IMG/VR virus record: IMGVR_UViG_3300017774_002291
Coordinates: 1 to 53,614 of that record
Source of the DNA: a virus
Lineage: Duplodnaviria > Caudoviricetes
Length of the DNA: 53,614 nucleotides
Reading direction: 5' to 3' (one strand)
Shown here: piece after piece, positions 29,345 through 40,371 of the stretch
How positions within the stretch are numbered: the stretch's first letter is position 1
Layout of the letters: the number at the start of each line of letters is the position of its first letter
Notes under the pieces: model-generated
Database searches by the model: none
Told to the model about the DNA's origin: nothing
What the model saw: only the letters and a program-made list of their open reading frames with translations
Made by a program: the position numbers and the translations under genes

Positions 29345-31177
29345 ATGGATGATATCAGAATTGTCTTAGGGTCTCTAAGATACAAAACATCGACAGATAC
29401 TGATTTGTCAATACCAACACCGTTAGTTCAAAATTCTAAAAATATTCAGGAATTTGATAGAAGTATTGATGTTAATTTAACTCAAGTATTTGATGATGAA
29501 AGACAAAAATCAACAACATTTAGACCAACCTGTAAGTTTCAATTATTATATAATAATTCTTATACGGGAAACACTAATTATGTGCCGTTAGAAAATAATT
29601 TATATTATATTAATGAAACACAATCATTATTGGACCAATGTAATTCAAGTGCAGCTGATGTTAAATGGCAAGGTTTTTTACAATATCACGAGTTTGATTT
29701 TATTAGAAGTGATTATAATGTCAGTGGGTATACACAACCACCAAATAACCACATAAATTTTGTATCAAGAAGTGCTTCAACATATAATTGGAACTTCTTT
29801 ATGAGTTATCCTTATAAAAACATTGATAAGTCGTTAAGTTACTATGACCCAACACAAAATCTTTATGTTAATTGGAATGCTATAGACGGAATACCTTTTA
29901 GGGTGAACTCAGATAACGTCACAATGAATGGTAATGGTATGATACAATTCATATGTCCGGTTAAACACGGATTATCGGTTGGTGAGTTTGTTAATATTAA
30001 AATACCGTCAAATAATTTAAATCAAACTTATCAAGTTTTTGGTTTGGGTAGTGGTATGACGGGGACTGAGGAATATATATTTAATATTTATAACGTTGGA
30101 TACCCAACAACAACATTCCCAAATAAGAATAGTGGAACTTTTAAAAGGGTGATAAATAATGAAAACCCTAATGATACTACTTCTAAATATTATATAATTC
30201 AACATAAAATAATTACGGATGTTAATGACGCGGTTTTAGTTAATGCTGGATTTGAAAAAAATATATTTGGAATTAAAAAGAAATTTGAAAGTCCCGTATA
30301 CACACCAAATAATGTAAAAAGGGTATCTATTAAAGAAAATTCTCAGTCGTATACATTGTCTTTTAATAAAGATATAGATGTCAGTTCACTACGGGATAAT
30401 CAAAAAAGACCTATCAGTGATTTATTTGTTACAACAATATGGAAGGGTTATTTTGGGTTAACATTTGGGTTACAATCCCCGGGTATTGGTTATGTTGGGT
30501 TGAAAGAAGGTTACGATTTTAATTTGTCGTTAACTAATTTTGGTAAACCAATAAATTGGTGGGAAGTTGGAAATTCAAATTCAACCTTTATTGGTGATAA
30601 TAATCAACCATATCCATTGGGTACTTATCAAACACTACCAAGTAGTGGGTTAGGCCCAAATAATGGGCAAATCACATTTACATATATGGAATCTTTAAAA
30701 GAAGGTGATGTCCTTGATGGTGGTTTTTATGAGTGGAACGATTATGAACAAAAGGAAAGATTAATAAGTGATATAAACCATAAATTCACATTCAACCCGT
30801 TTGTATTTAATATCTCAGATACAGACGACAACGCTAATCAAATGGGGTATTATTATAAACCACATAGTAAAATGAAGATAAGAGGTTTTTCTGATTACAT
30901 AGAAACCGGTAGTATTAATAATATGGTAGGGGTTCCAGATTATTCATATTTTTCAACAACATACAATTCATTTATTTGGAGAGATTTATATACATATGGT
31001 TTCAAAGATAATAGTGGTAATGGTGTTGATTATCCATTTTTAAACGGAAAACATTATCCATATGAGAATTTTATTTTTAGAATAATACCGGAAGGAACTA
31101 ATTATATAGAGAGTAATTTAAATAACTACGCAACTCTTTACGGAGCGGCTCAACCTATAAAAGACGATTGTGAATAA
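29345..31177 (+). CDS. Hypothetical virion structural protein
   Basis: 610 aa in the structural operon; KHGLSVGEFVNI resembles the small beta-barrel repeat seen in phage tail proteins. Confidence 0.6.
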   Translation: MDDIRIVLGSLRYKTSTDTDLSIPTPLVQNSKNIQEFDRSIDVNLTQVFDDERQKSTTFRPTCKFQLLYNNSYTGNTNYVPLENNLYYINETQSLLDQCNSSAADVKWQGFLQYHEFDFIRSDYNVSGYTQPPNNHINFVSRSASTYNWNFFMSYPYKNIDKSLSYYDPTQNLYVNWNAIDGIPFRVNSDNVTMNGNGMIQFICPVKHGLSVGEFVNIKIPSNNLNQTYQVFGLGSGMTGTEEYIFNIYNVGYPTTTFPNKNSGTFKRVINNENPNDTTSKYYIIQHKIITDVNDAVLVNAGFEKNIFGIKKKFESPVYTPNNVKRVSIKENSQSYTLSFNKDIDVSSLRDNQKRPISDLFVTTIWKGYFGLTFGLQSPGIGYVGLKEGYDFNLSLTNFGKPINWWEVGNSNSTFIGDNNQPYPLGTYQTLPSSGLGPNNGQITFTYMESLKEGDVLDGGFYEWNDYEQKERLISDINHKFTFNPFVFNISDTDDNANQMGYYYKPHSKMKIRGFSDYIETGSINNMVGVPDYSYFSTTYNSFIWRDLYTYGFKDNSGNGVDYPFLNGKHYPYENFIFRIIPEGTNYIESNLNNYATLYGAAQPIKDDCE

Positions 31178-32006
31178 TAACAGTTATAAATTTACCTTAC
31201 CAAAAGGTAACGACAAATATATTAATATACCTATTGAGATTAAATGGGATTTTCTTGGACAAAGTGATGCCGTTGAAGAATATCAACAAAATGTTGTTGA
31301 GGATATTGTTGGTTTTCCTGGTGATTTTGAAGTATTAAGATTTGCTCACGCACCGTATAGTAGTGATACAAAAACGGATATTAAATACGATTTTCATTTT
31401 TTTAGTGATTTTAATGACAATTTAAATCCAATTGTTCCGGTTAACCCATCATCATTAGTTACAACAGCTCCATCAAATTATTGGGTGAGTAGTTATATTC
31501 CAGAAGGGTTTACAGCGACTGAGATATATTATTATGTTAAACCTTTCACCAAATCTTTTTTTAAATTGGATTTTTATGATAGTAAAGAGACAATTACGCA
31601 AACTAATTATTTTACCGTAATATTACCTGTTCAACAAGGTTTCACTGTACCAATATCAATTAGTCCATACATACCTAGTGTTGATATTAAAATACCATCG
31701 TTTAAATTGGACTACGTTGGTGATAAAGAAGGGTTCTTTCTATATTGGTTAAGAAATAAAGAATTTTTAGATATTAGTAAATTTTATATGACAGCAAAAT
31801 TTTTTGATGCTAGATTGGGTGTTTTTGTTAAGATGACAAATACACCACAAAGTGATATTGCTTCAAAATTTATGTTTGACCCTGCGGTTTATTTCTATTA
31901 TGAGGTAAGGTTAAATTATAATGAAAAGACATATGAAGTTTGGGATGATAGTGTGAGAAGAGGAACATCTGTTCCGATAAAATGGTATGAATATATAAAT
32001 CCATAA
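31170..32006 (+). CDS. Hypothetical virion structural protein
   Basis: 278 aa, GTG start overlapping the previous stop; aromatic-rich beta-type sequence. Confidence 0.6.
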   Translation: MNNNSYKFTLPKGNDKYINIPIEIKWDFLGQSDAVEEYQQNVVEDIVGFPGDFEVLRFAHAPYSSDTKTDIKYDFHFFSDFNDNLNPIVPVNPSSLVTTAPSNYWVSSYIPEGFTATEIYYYVKPFTKSFFKLDFYDSKETITQTNYFTVILPVQQGFTVPISISPYIPSVDIKIPSFKLDYVGDKEGFFLYWLRNKEFLDISKFYMTAKFFDARLGVFVKMTNTPQSDIASKFMFDPAVYFYYEVRLNYNEKTYEVWDDSVRRGTSVPIKWYEYINP

Positions 32007-32007
32007 T

Positions 32008-33168
32008 ATGACAGAAAGAGATTATCATATTAAAATATCACCGGAATTTATTAGTGGAGACATTTTTAAAGTTACATATAATGCGGGGTCTATAACGGGA
32101 ACAGGTATTGTTAACAAATGTTGTATTACTTCTGCTGAAACATTTAAAATTGATTTAACGGGGACATCTTACGTATATTCATCAATGACTGAAGTATTGT
32201 CGGGAGGAACTAATGGTTCGTCATTATTAACTGGATTAACAATACCAATTTTATTAACAGAAAACACAGTTGATGTTGGGTATTATTCCGTGTTTGATGG
32301 AATGGTGTTACAGCAAGATACTATGTTGAATTTTATTTTCACAGGTGTTAGTAATATATGTTCATTTTACAATACTTCAGATACTGAGTTTAAAAAATAT
32401 TTGGAATTTTCAAATTATTTTGTTGATTGGGGTGACGGACAATTTGAAACTTTAAATCCAACACTATCTGTATTTACACATCCTTACCCAATGTCGGGTG
32501 AATATACGATAACATTAACGGGGGTTAGTCCTTGGGGAACCAATAAAATACGTAAAACCGTTCACGTACCATTTACGGGGGTAACAATAACAAACCCTAA
32601 AGGTGCCGCTCATTTTACACCCGCTGGTGGTAATTGGTCTGCAACATCGTTTTCTTATGATTATATCTTTAGTGGTGATTCAACTTGTGGTGCAACATTA
32701 GACGATATTAATTTATTTAATCCGATAAATACAATTCCATTTTTAATAACGGGATATACAATGTCATCGTTGAGTGATTTAAAACAATATGGTGCAACTC
32801 AATATATTCCAAATGTTTGGGTGACGGGAAACACTGGTGTGGTTGGTAAATATTTAGGTGTGAGTTCAAATGGTTTATATACTGCCTATACAATTAATGA
32901 TATTGATTACTATGATTATTCAGATAAAACAACAATTTTTGTTGTAAAATCTTCAGGTTTAACCTCAGATATGTTAGTTTGTGAGCCAATTGTAAAAAAT
33001 GAATTATTATTAGGAATAATTGACGAAGCAGAAGTGCAATCCAATATATTTATTGAGAGGGGAAAGAACTCAGCTCTTGAAAGAGTTATGAGATTAGGTG
33101 AAGTTGATAACGTGGGTGATTTGGTTAAATACGGATATAAATTTTTTAATGTGATTAATAGTATATAA
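32008..33168 (+). CDS. PKD/Ig-like domain virion protein
   Basis: YFVDWGDG...THPYPMSGEYTITLTG is the PKD-domain signature (WDFGDG...H.Y...G.Y.V.L). Confidence 0.7.
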   Translation: MTERDYHIKISPEFISGDIFKVTYNAGSITGTGIVNKCCITSAETFKIDLTGTSYVYSSMTEVLSGGTNGSSLLTGLTIPILLTENTVDVGYYSVFDGMVLQQDTMLNFIFTGVSNICSFYNTSDTEFKKYLEFSNYFVDWGDGQFETLNPTLSVFTHPYPMSGEYTITLTGVSPWGTNKIRKTVHVPFTGVTITNPKGAAHFTPAGGNWSATSFSYDYIFSGDSTCGATLDDINLFNPINTIPFLITGYTMSSLSDLKQYGATQYIPNVWVTGNTGVVGKYLGVSSNGLYTAYTINDIDYYDYSDKTTIFVVKSSGLTSDMLVCEPIVKNELLLGIIDEAEVQSNIFIERGKNSALERVMRLGEVDNVGDLVKYGYKFFNVINSI

Positions 33169-33169
33169 T

Positions 33170-34078
33170 ATGGCTACAGGAACATATGGAACAATAAGAC
33201 CGGCTGACGTAAGTCCGGAAGATGTTGAGATAATTTTAAATTATACTCCATCAAGAGATGAAACAGATAACTTTGTATTAACGAAGTTGGATGCTTTGTC
33301 TATACTAAGACCTTACTACAATAACAACACTACAGGTGTAAATAATGGTATTGAAATATTAGGTGGTTTATATAATTTAAAATTACCGGCAGAACAATTT
33401 AACCAAATCGGGATATATACTTTATTTATTAGACCTGCTCAAATAAGAACAACAATATTAGATTGTGGTGTTTTATCGGCACTACCTAATGTTAAAGGAT
33501 TAATTTTTGATTTAAATTCTGTTCCATCTACCTATAGAAACAAATTTGTTAGTCAAGGGTTAGTTGGTTTTAGAATAGAATATTTAAATGCTGATGGAAC
33601 AAAGATACCAAATTTTTTTAGAATTATTACGTCATCATTCTTTTGTGAACCGGTTGTTCAAAACTTAACAAATTCATCTCAAAAGGCGATTAGATATCGA
33701 TATACAGATAATAATACTAATCTATTATTTTGTACATTAACACCATCTTCGGCACCAACAAATAAGCCAAATGCCACACCATATATTGGTCAACCAAATC
33801 AGAATGTAATTATAACAAACACTTTCTTTAATCCAATAACTTTGGATATTGAGATAGGTGAACACGATTTCTCAACATTGGCGATTGCTCTTTACGGTAA
33901 TCAAACCAAATCTATTGATGATGGTGTATACACATTATACGATAATGCTAATAATATATACAAACAATATAACTTATATGAAATTAGAGACCAATTTAAC
34001 GAGTTATTATATGAAGTTAGACAAGACAGAGGAAATAATATAGATTTTAGTAAAAACTTTACAAATATAACTCAATAA
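33170..34078 (+). CDS. Hypothetical virion structural protein
   Basis: 302 aa, translationally coupled (TAATG) to the next gene; no motif recognised. Confidence 0.65.
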   Translation: MATGTYGTIRPADVSPEDVEIILNYTPSRDETDNFVLTKLDALSILRPYYNNNTTGVNNGIEILGGLYNLKLPAEQFNQIGIYTLFIRPAQIRTTILDCGVLSALPNVKGLIFDLNSVPSTYRNKFVSQGLVGFRIEYLNADGTKIPNFFRIITSSFFCEPVVQNLTNSSQKAIRYRYTDNNTNLLFCTLTPSSAPTNKPNATPYIGQPNQNVIITNTFFNPITLDIEIGEHDFSTLAIALYGNQTKSIDDGVYTLYDNANNIYKQYNLYEIRDQFNELLYEVRQDRGNNIDFSKNFTNITQ

Positions 34079-37000
34079 TGGCAATAGAAAAATTTACGTG
34101 TCCACCACAGACAGCATCCGGTGCGGGTACATTCTCCGATAATTTAGTTGGTTTTCAACTTGTTGCGGGAGGTGGTTTGACGCAAGGAAATTTTGAGTTT
34201 ACTAAAGGTATTAAAGAAAAATCAAATAGAACTTTTACAACGGGAGCGTTTTCAAACCCTATTAACTTAGATAGTATGGGTGTTAATAGTGTTGCTCAAT
34301 CAAAAGTAATATTTGAAAATAATTTTAAAGTTTATCCCAATTTTGATTTAACTCAAGTAACTAATTTTACCGCATATGGTTCGATGGTTAAAAGAATTTC
34401 AACATCTGTTGAATTAATTATTAGTAAATTTCCTGCGGCGTTGGAGGTTACTTTTATGGATGAAAATTATTTAACTGGAACTACATCAACGAACATTTCA
34501 TATAATCCGATATCTAATGAAACAAGTGTTGATTTAGACATTTCAAGAATTAGAAACCCTTTTGATATTGACTTTACCGTTAACGCGGCAAGAAATTTAG
34601 AGTTAAGAGAGATTCAAGTTTCTCCTTTGAGAAATATGACAAATCAATTTGCTAAATATTCTTTATATTACAGTGGTGTTGGGTATGATGTCACATATAT
34701 TGAACCAACAACGTCATCCACAACAGGGACTCTTAGGTTATACTTTAAGGGTAATGTTTTTCCGGGACAAACAGAAACATATGATGACTTAGTTATTCGA
34801 CCAAATGATTACCAAGTTAATCGAGTGCTCAATGAAGATTTAGACGAAGTTCAACGATTTTTACTAAATAGAAATGTTGTTCCTATTTATACGGCAACTT
34901 TCCAAGTTCCAAATGAAAACGATGACGGAACTTTTTATATTCAAAATAAATTAGTGACTTGGCCGTTATATGGTAATTGGAATTTGGATATCTTAACTAA
35001 TTCTTTCACAACATATTTAACAACATTGAATGAAATTAGTTTGTCTTTCGATGGGTATCAAACAAATCTTGTTTCAAGATTTTTAACAACAGATTCACTT
35101 AAAGAGTTTGACACATCTGACCAAAAAATTGAAAAAATATTACAAATTTACGGTAGAAGTTTTGATGAAACTAAAAAATTTATTAATGGTTTAGCTTATA
35201 TGAATTCGGTGAATTATAACACCGGTAATGATATTCCATCTCAATTATTAAAAAATTTATCTCAAACATTAGGTTGGGCGACAAATATGTCCCCAATTAC
35301 CAATGATGACTTTTTAGGTTCGGTTTTTGGACAAAAGAATGTGGATAAATCTGCCTTTAGTGGTGTGGGACAAGCTCAAACACCTGATGAGTTAAATTAC
35401 CAATACTATAAGAATTTAGTCCTTAATTCGGCTTATTTATTTAAATCAAAAGGGACTAGAAAATCAATAGAAACTTTAATGAGATTGATTGGCGCTCCGG
35501 ATGCTTTGGTTGAGTTTAACGAGTATGTTTGTTTGGCTGACCAAAGGATTAATATGTCAGAATTTGACTCTCAATATGCTAACATATCAGGAGGGACATA
35601 TTCTAAAAAATTACCTACATTAGAAAACGGTAATGTGTTCCGATTTCAAGGTAGTGGTTATACGGGGTTTACGACTATATCAGTTCTCCAAGAGGTTGAT
35701 TTTAGTAAAGAGGATTATCCGGTCGATAATGACGGTTATCCGTCATCACCGGTTAATTCTGATGCGTATTTTTATCAGATGGGTGCGGGTTGGTTTGAAT
35801 CGACACCAAAACATAGGTCACTGGAACAACCGGATTTGACCAATAGTGTTTTTACAGGCTCAAATCCAAATTATCAAACAAAATTGACACCGTTTACATA
35901 TGGTCAAGAATATTTAAATGTTTATAAAAAATTCCCATTCACTAATTTAGGTTTTAATCTTAGACAGGTTGTTGATAATAACAAAACTTGGGTTGATACG
36001 GAGATTGGTGATAGAAATAATTTAGATGGTGGGTACAACTCTTTATACTACACAGATAGTGAAAATCTTGTTATTAATGTTAAGAATTTGGATTTATATT
36101 TAAATCCCGCACAGGGATTGTTATATGATGTTTGGTATATGTCTAGACAATATAATTATCCAATCCCAAATGAGGGTTTAAATTATACACAACCAACTTA
36201 TTGTGACCCTAACCCGACAACTATATATCCAAATAAGGGTGGTGTTGATAATACGGTTATAAAACCTGAACCAAATAGTAAAACATTTTTTGAGTTCGCT
36301 CAGACATTTTGGAAAAACACTATAAATGTAAGAAATAGACAATTTGCTAGTGACGGAGGAACAAGTGGTTATCCAACACTACAATCAATATATTGGAGGT
36401 ATCTTGAATCAGAAAAAGACGCGGGTATACAAAACGATAACTTTACATATAAGACAATGATTGAGTATGTAAATGGTATGGGTGATTATTGGATTAGATT
36501 GGTAGAACAAATGATGCCGGCAAGTACTATTTGGAATACAGGTGTTAAATTAGAAAACTCAATATTTCATAGACAAAAATTTGTTTGGAGAAGACAACGT
36601 GGTTGTGGTATTGTTCCGGTAATTTGTAAACCTTGTAAATTTACGGGTAGTATTTACTTGTCTGATTGTACGGCTCAATCAACAATATGTCCTAAATATC
36701 CGAATGGTGTTGATGAACTTGGGTTTAATCTTGTTTTGACCGATGTCATTGAAAATTGGGTTATAAATGAAATTGGTTTTGATTTAAACAATAGTGGTTG
36801 TGATACGACTACAATAAATAGTGATTGGTTCGTTGATTTAAATATTAACGGAACTATACTTCAGCATCTATTTTTTGTTGGTGTTGGTTATAATAGTATT
36901 GATTGTGGAACAATATTTAGTAGTAGTCCTTGTCTTAGTGATTGGGATACGGCTTTAGATAATTGTTTACAACGAATAATCACATTAGGTTATGACTATC

Positions 37001-37152
37001 GTTATGAAACAATAAATAATACACCGATTAGTGGTGATGATACCAATGCTGTTTTAGTTAGAATATGGAATACAAATTGTTCCACAACACCGTTGGTTGA
37101 AACTTTATCTATAAGCGTCGGAATAAACTTTAATATAACTTGTACGCAATAA
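34078..37152 (+). CDS. Baseplate wedge protein with P2 gpI / T4 gp7-like segment
   Basis: IPSQLLKNLSQTLGW...YKNLVLNSAYLFKSKGTRKSIETLMRLIG matches the gpI-type 'KGT' motif; Cys-rich C-terminus. Confidence 0.65.
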   Translation: MAIEKFTCPPQTASGAGTFSDNLVGFQLVAGGGLTQGNFEFTKGIKEKSNRTFTTGAFSNPINLDSMGVNSVAQSKVIFENNFKVYPNFDLTQVTNFTAYGSMVKRISTSVELIISKFPAALEVTFMDENYLTGTTSTNISYNPISNETSVDLDISRIRNPFDIDFTVNAARNLELREIQVSPLRNMTNQFAKYSLYYSGVGYDVTYIEPTTSSTTGTLRLYFKGNVFPGQTETYDDLVIRPNDYQVNRVLNEDLDEVQRFLLNRNVVPIYTATFQVPNENDDGTFYIQNKLVTWPLYGNWNLDILTNSFTTYLTTLNEISLSFDGYQTNLVSRFLTTDSLKEFDTSDQKIEKILQIYGRSFDETKKFINGLAYMNSVNYNTGNDIPSQLLKNLSQTLGWATNMSPITNDDFLGSVFGQKNVDKSAFSGVGQAQTPDELNYQYYKNLVLNSAYLFKSKGTRKSIETLMRLIGAPDALVEFNEYVCLADQRINMSEFDSQYANISGGTYSKKLPTLENGNVFRFQGSGYTGFTTISVLQEVDFSKEDYPVDNDGYPSSPVNSDAYFYQMGAGWFESTPKHRSLEQPDLTNSVFTGSNPNYQTKLTPFTYGQEYLNVYKKFPFTNLGFNLRQVVDNNKTWVDTEIGDRNNLDGGYNSLYYTDSENLVINVKNLDLYLNPAQGLLYDVWYMSRQYNYPIPNEGLNYTQPTYCDPNPTTIYPNKGGVDNTVIKPEPNSKTFFEFAQTFWKNTINVRNRQFASDGGTSGYPTLQSIYWRYLESEKDAGIQNDNFTYKTMIEYVNGMGDYWIRLVEQMMPASTIWNTGVKLENSIFHRQKFVWRRQRGCGIVPVICKPCKFTGSIYLSDCTAQSTICPKYPNGVDELGFNLVLTDVIENWVINEIGFDLNNSGCDTTTINSDWFVDLNINGTILQHLFFVGVGYNSIDCGTIFSSSPCLSDWDTALDNCLQRIITLGYDYRYETINNTPISGDDTNAVLVRIWNTNCSTTPLVETLSISVGINFNITCTQ

Positions 37153-37155
37153 TCA

Positions 37156-40100
37156 ATGAGTTGTTTTTTATCATATAATTCTAGTATAACGGGTGATTGT
37201 AGTAATGTAAACTTAGGTGCGTTTACTATTAACATATTTGGTGAAGCACCAAATTATACAATTCAGAGGTTATCACCAACCACCGGAACAACCGTTTTAG
37301 GTGCGGGTGTAACCGCATACACACAAACAAATTTATCTGCCGGGACTTACTCTTTTAATATAATAGATAGTTGTGTTTCGGGTAATACAGTCCTACCTGT
37401 AAACATTTATATATCAAGTGGTACGTGTGTCTCAATAACAAATATAACCAATACTGTTTGTAACGGTAATAATGGTTCATTAACAGCTACAACTAGTAAC
37501 TTTTACGGGAGTTCCATCTTTTCATTATATAACACCGGAACCGGTTTAATCTCAACGGTTTATCCAACAAGTAATACTTATGTTTTTAATGGTTTATCTC
37601 TTGGGACATATTATGTTATTGCTAACGATGGTGGAGGTTGTACCGGAAAATCCGAAAGTGTTATTATTAAAAATTCGTCTAACTTAAACTTTGGTTTGTA
37701 TAGTGTTAGTAACGCTGGATGTTCTGTTAATTCAGGTAAAATAACAGTTACCGGTTTGACTGGCACACCACCATACACTTATTTATGGTCAAATGGTAGT
37801 ACAACCAATACAGCTACAGGATTAACTCAAGGTACATATAGTGTAACGGTTTCTGATTATGGTGGATGTTCTAAGAGTAGTTCTGAAGTAATTTATGACA
37901 TACCATCAGTTGGTTTAGGTGCTGTTTACCTAACTCAACCAAGTTGTTTTACATCAGATGGTGAAGTTCAGATTATTATTACCGGAGGTACGGCACCATT
38001 TTATTACTTAGGTTCTAATGGTGTTACTAATATTAGTTTTGATAGAACAATGACGTTTACCAATTTAGGACCCGGTAGTTTTACAATACAGGTTACTGAT
38101 GCCGGACTATGTAATTTTACAACAACAACAACATTATTAACACCAAGTGGGATGTCAACAGTGTCTGTTGATGTGTCTAACTCAACTTGTAATAATTTAT
38201 CGGGGGTTATTGGGCCAATTCGTGTTTTAGGTGGAACACCACCATATACGTATAGTTTAACAAATTCGTTGGGTGATACAACAACCCAAACAATATATCA
38301 AACAACTTTTAAATTTGATAATTTACCTGCTGACACATATACATTATCAATAACAGATAATGGTAGTTGTACTTTTACAAGTGCTTATACAATAAATAAC
38401 ACTGTTTTATTTGAACTGACGACAGTAACTACGGGAACAACTTGTAATGGTGGTGATGGGTCAATTTATATGGAAATAACAAGTGGTGGTACACCACCAT
38501 ATGTTTATGAAATCAACGGCTCAATAATTACAACCTCACTGACCTCATATACGTTTACTAATTTAGTTTCGGGTAATTATACTGCTAGTGTTACGGACAG
38601 GTCTTTCTGTAAACAATCAATACCGATAACGGTTGACGGTTCAAATACTATAGATTTTCATTTATTAGGTGTTGACTCAATAAATAATGATGGTTTAATA
38701 ACCGCATATATTACTAATGGAACACCACCATTCACATTATATCTTAATGGTGATACTGTGGGTACTTCTGTTATGACAATACCTGATTTACCGGTTGGAG
38801 ATTATGATGTTAGAATTGTTGATAGTTCAGGGTGTTCAAAAATGAAAAGTAGACTTATCGGTGGTAGTACTGACTACACCTCAACAGGATTATACTCTGT
38901 TTGTAATTCTACTATGTATGACCAACCTATACAAATAGAATCGGGTCTTAAACAAATATTAAACGAAGGTTATAATAATAGAATATTACAGTCTCCGGGG
39001 TATACGAATTGTATTCTAACCGCAGCAACATTTCAAGCAATAGCTTATGTTGGAACTGATTTCGCTTCAACAACATTTTATAATAGTACGGGTTTATTAG
39101 ATTATCCTTCGGATGAATTGTGGAATAATACAATCAAATTATTACTTGAAAGTATACAGTCAATAGGTGACGTTGATATTAACCCACTAACTAATACGAT
39201 TGTTGTTACAACAAATTGTGAACCAACATCACTAAGTAATCGTAGTATATCGGTTAAAATAAGGATTGATTATGAAATTCAATGTGCTGAAGGTTGTAAA
39301 GCGACACCGACACCAACACCAACTAAAACAGTAACTCCAACACCAACACGTACTGTTACTCCAACTATTACACCAACACGTACAGTTACCCCAACTATAA
39401 CACCAACCATTACACCAACACGTACAGTTACCCCAACACCGACAGCTACTGTTGGAACAACACCACCAGTAACACCAACACAAACAAGAACACCAACTGT
39501 TACTCCAAGCATAACTCCAAGTATAACACCAACACAAACAAGAACACCAACTGTTACACCAACAACAACTGTAACACCAACAAAAACCGTAACACCAACA
39601 ACAACTAAAACACCAACACCAACAACAACTAAAACTCCAACACCTACACCGACAAATGCTATATTCTATTATGTTTATTTACGTTGTGGTACAACTCAGG
39701 GACCTAGAAATAATGTGGTGATACAACGAATTCCGGCAACTCCGGGTAATGTGATTGGTAATGTTATTTTAGATTTAATAAATAATGTGTGTTGGGAATT
39801 AATTGACATATCAATTAACTTATCACAGTTACAAAACATATATGTTAATAACGTAACATATAATACAAATTATTTTACAAATGTTAACAATACGACATTT
39901 ACAGGTAGTAAAACGGTAACACCATGTGATGAATGTACTAAAGAGTTAAATACTAGTTTAACACCAACCAATTCAACCTGTCCAATGACTTTAAGAAACT
40001 GGAGTGATTGTGCAAAATCTGATACTAGTGGTATTATTTATGTTAACGGTGTTTCTGTTTACTCATTCGATGCAACGTTTAACGTTAATGAGTTTTTAAG

Positions 40101-40305
40101 TACATTACCAACAAGTCTTGGTGATAGTGTTAAAATTGTTTTATCACCACCATCAACAGGTGGAGCTGTTATGACATTAAGGGTAAATGACGGAGGTGAG
40201 ACATATACACAAACAAGTGGTAGTGAAATCACTTATGATTTCATAGTTAAATGTGGTACTCTTTTAACAGGTTATAATATTGAAATTTTCTCAACTTGTG
40301 GGTAA
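37156..40305 (+). CDS. Putative fibre/adhesin with multiple SprB-like repeats, Thr/Pro stalk and Cys-containing C-terminal domain
   Basis: Repeats such as CSVNSGKITVTGLTGTPPYTYLWSNGSTTNTATGLTQGTYSVTVSDYGGC and TCNGGDGSIYMEITSGGTPPYVY...LVSGNYTASVTD; TPT repeats at ~39300-39655. Confidence 0.75.
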   Translation: MSCFLSYNSSITGDCSNVNLGAFTINIFGEAPNYTIQRLSPTTGTTVLGAGVTAYTQTNLSAGTYSFNIIDSCVSGNTVLPVNIYISSGTCVSITNITNTVCNGNNGSLTATTSNFYGSSIFSLYNTGTGLISTVYPTSNTYVFNGLSLGTYYVIANDGGGCTGKSESVIIKNSSNLNFGLYSVSNAGCSVNSGKITVTGLTGTPPYTYLWSNGSTTNTATGLTQGTYSVTVSDYGGCSKSSSEVIYDIPSVGLGAVYLTQPSCFTSDGEVQIIITGGTAPFYYLGSNGVTNISFDRTMTFTNLGPGSFTIQVTDAGLCNFTTTTTLLTPSGMSTVSVDVSNSTCNNLSGVIGPIRVLGGTPPYTYSLTNSLGDTTTQTIYQTTFKFDNLPADTYTLSITDNGSCTFTSAYTINNTVLFELTTVTTGTTCNGGDGSIYMEITSGGTPPYVYEINGSIITTSLTSYTFTNLVSGNYTASVTDRSFCKQSIPITVDGSNTIDFHLLGVDSINNDGLITAYITNGTPPFTLYLNGDTVGTSVMTIPDLPVGDYDVRIVDSSGCSKMKSRLIGGSTDYTSTGLYSVCNSTMYDQPIQIESGLKQILNEGYNNRILQSPGYTNCILTAATFQAIAYVGTDFASTTFYNSTGLLDYPSDELWNNTIKLLLESIQSIGDVDINPLTNTIVVTTNCEPTSLSNRSISVKIRIDYEIQCAEGCKATPTPTPTKTVTPTPTRTVTPTITPTRTVTPTITPTITPTRTVTPTPTATVGTTPPVTPTQTRTPTVTPSITPSITPTQTRTPTVTPTTTVTPTKTVTPTTTKTPTPTTTKTPTPTPTNAIFYYVYLRCGTTQGPRNNVVIQRIPATPGNVIGNVILDLINNVCWELIDISINLSQLQNIYVNNVTYNTNYFTNVNNTTFTGSKTVTPCDECTKELNTSLTPTNSTCPMTLRNWSDCAKSDTSGIIYVNGVSVYSFDATFNVNEFLSTLPTSLGDSVKIVLSPPSTGGAVMTLRVNDGGETYTQTSGSEITYDFIVKCGTLLTGYNIEIFSTCG
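39301..39655 (+). repeat. Thr/Pro low-complexity coding repeat (TPT-x-T units)
   Basis: ACACCAACA-based tandem units encoding [23 protein letters not shown]... Confidence 0.9.
39469..39599 (+). repeat. 131-bp inverted repeat, copy A (partner 52988-53118)
   Basis: Base-by-base comparison with the reverse complement of 52988-53118 gives 128/131 identity, 3 synonymous mismatches, last 83 nt identical. Confidence 0.92.
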
Positions 40306-40335
40306 AATAAGTTAACAATAATACCTGTGATAATA

Positions 40336-40371
40336 AATAAAAAACCCCTCCGTTAAGAGGGGTTTTTTATT
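40336..40371. terminator. Bidirectional rho-independent terminator between convergent genes
   Basis: AATAAAAAACCCCTC-CGTTAA-GAGGGGTTTTTTATT: perfect 15-bp inverted repeat with A/T runs on both sides. Confidence 0.9.

Noticed and set aside
39232-39537. Antisense ORFs rich in Cys/Trp or Val/Gly (39232-39537, 39279-39512)
   Set aside because: Shadow frames of the stop-free Thr/Pro repeat on the opposite strand.
39301-39655. Possible CRISPR array in the repeat tracts (also 52970-53500)
   Set aside because: No constant repeat with unique spacers; units are in-frame coding repeats and no cas genes are present.
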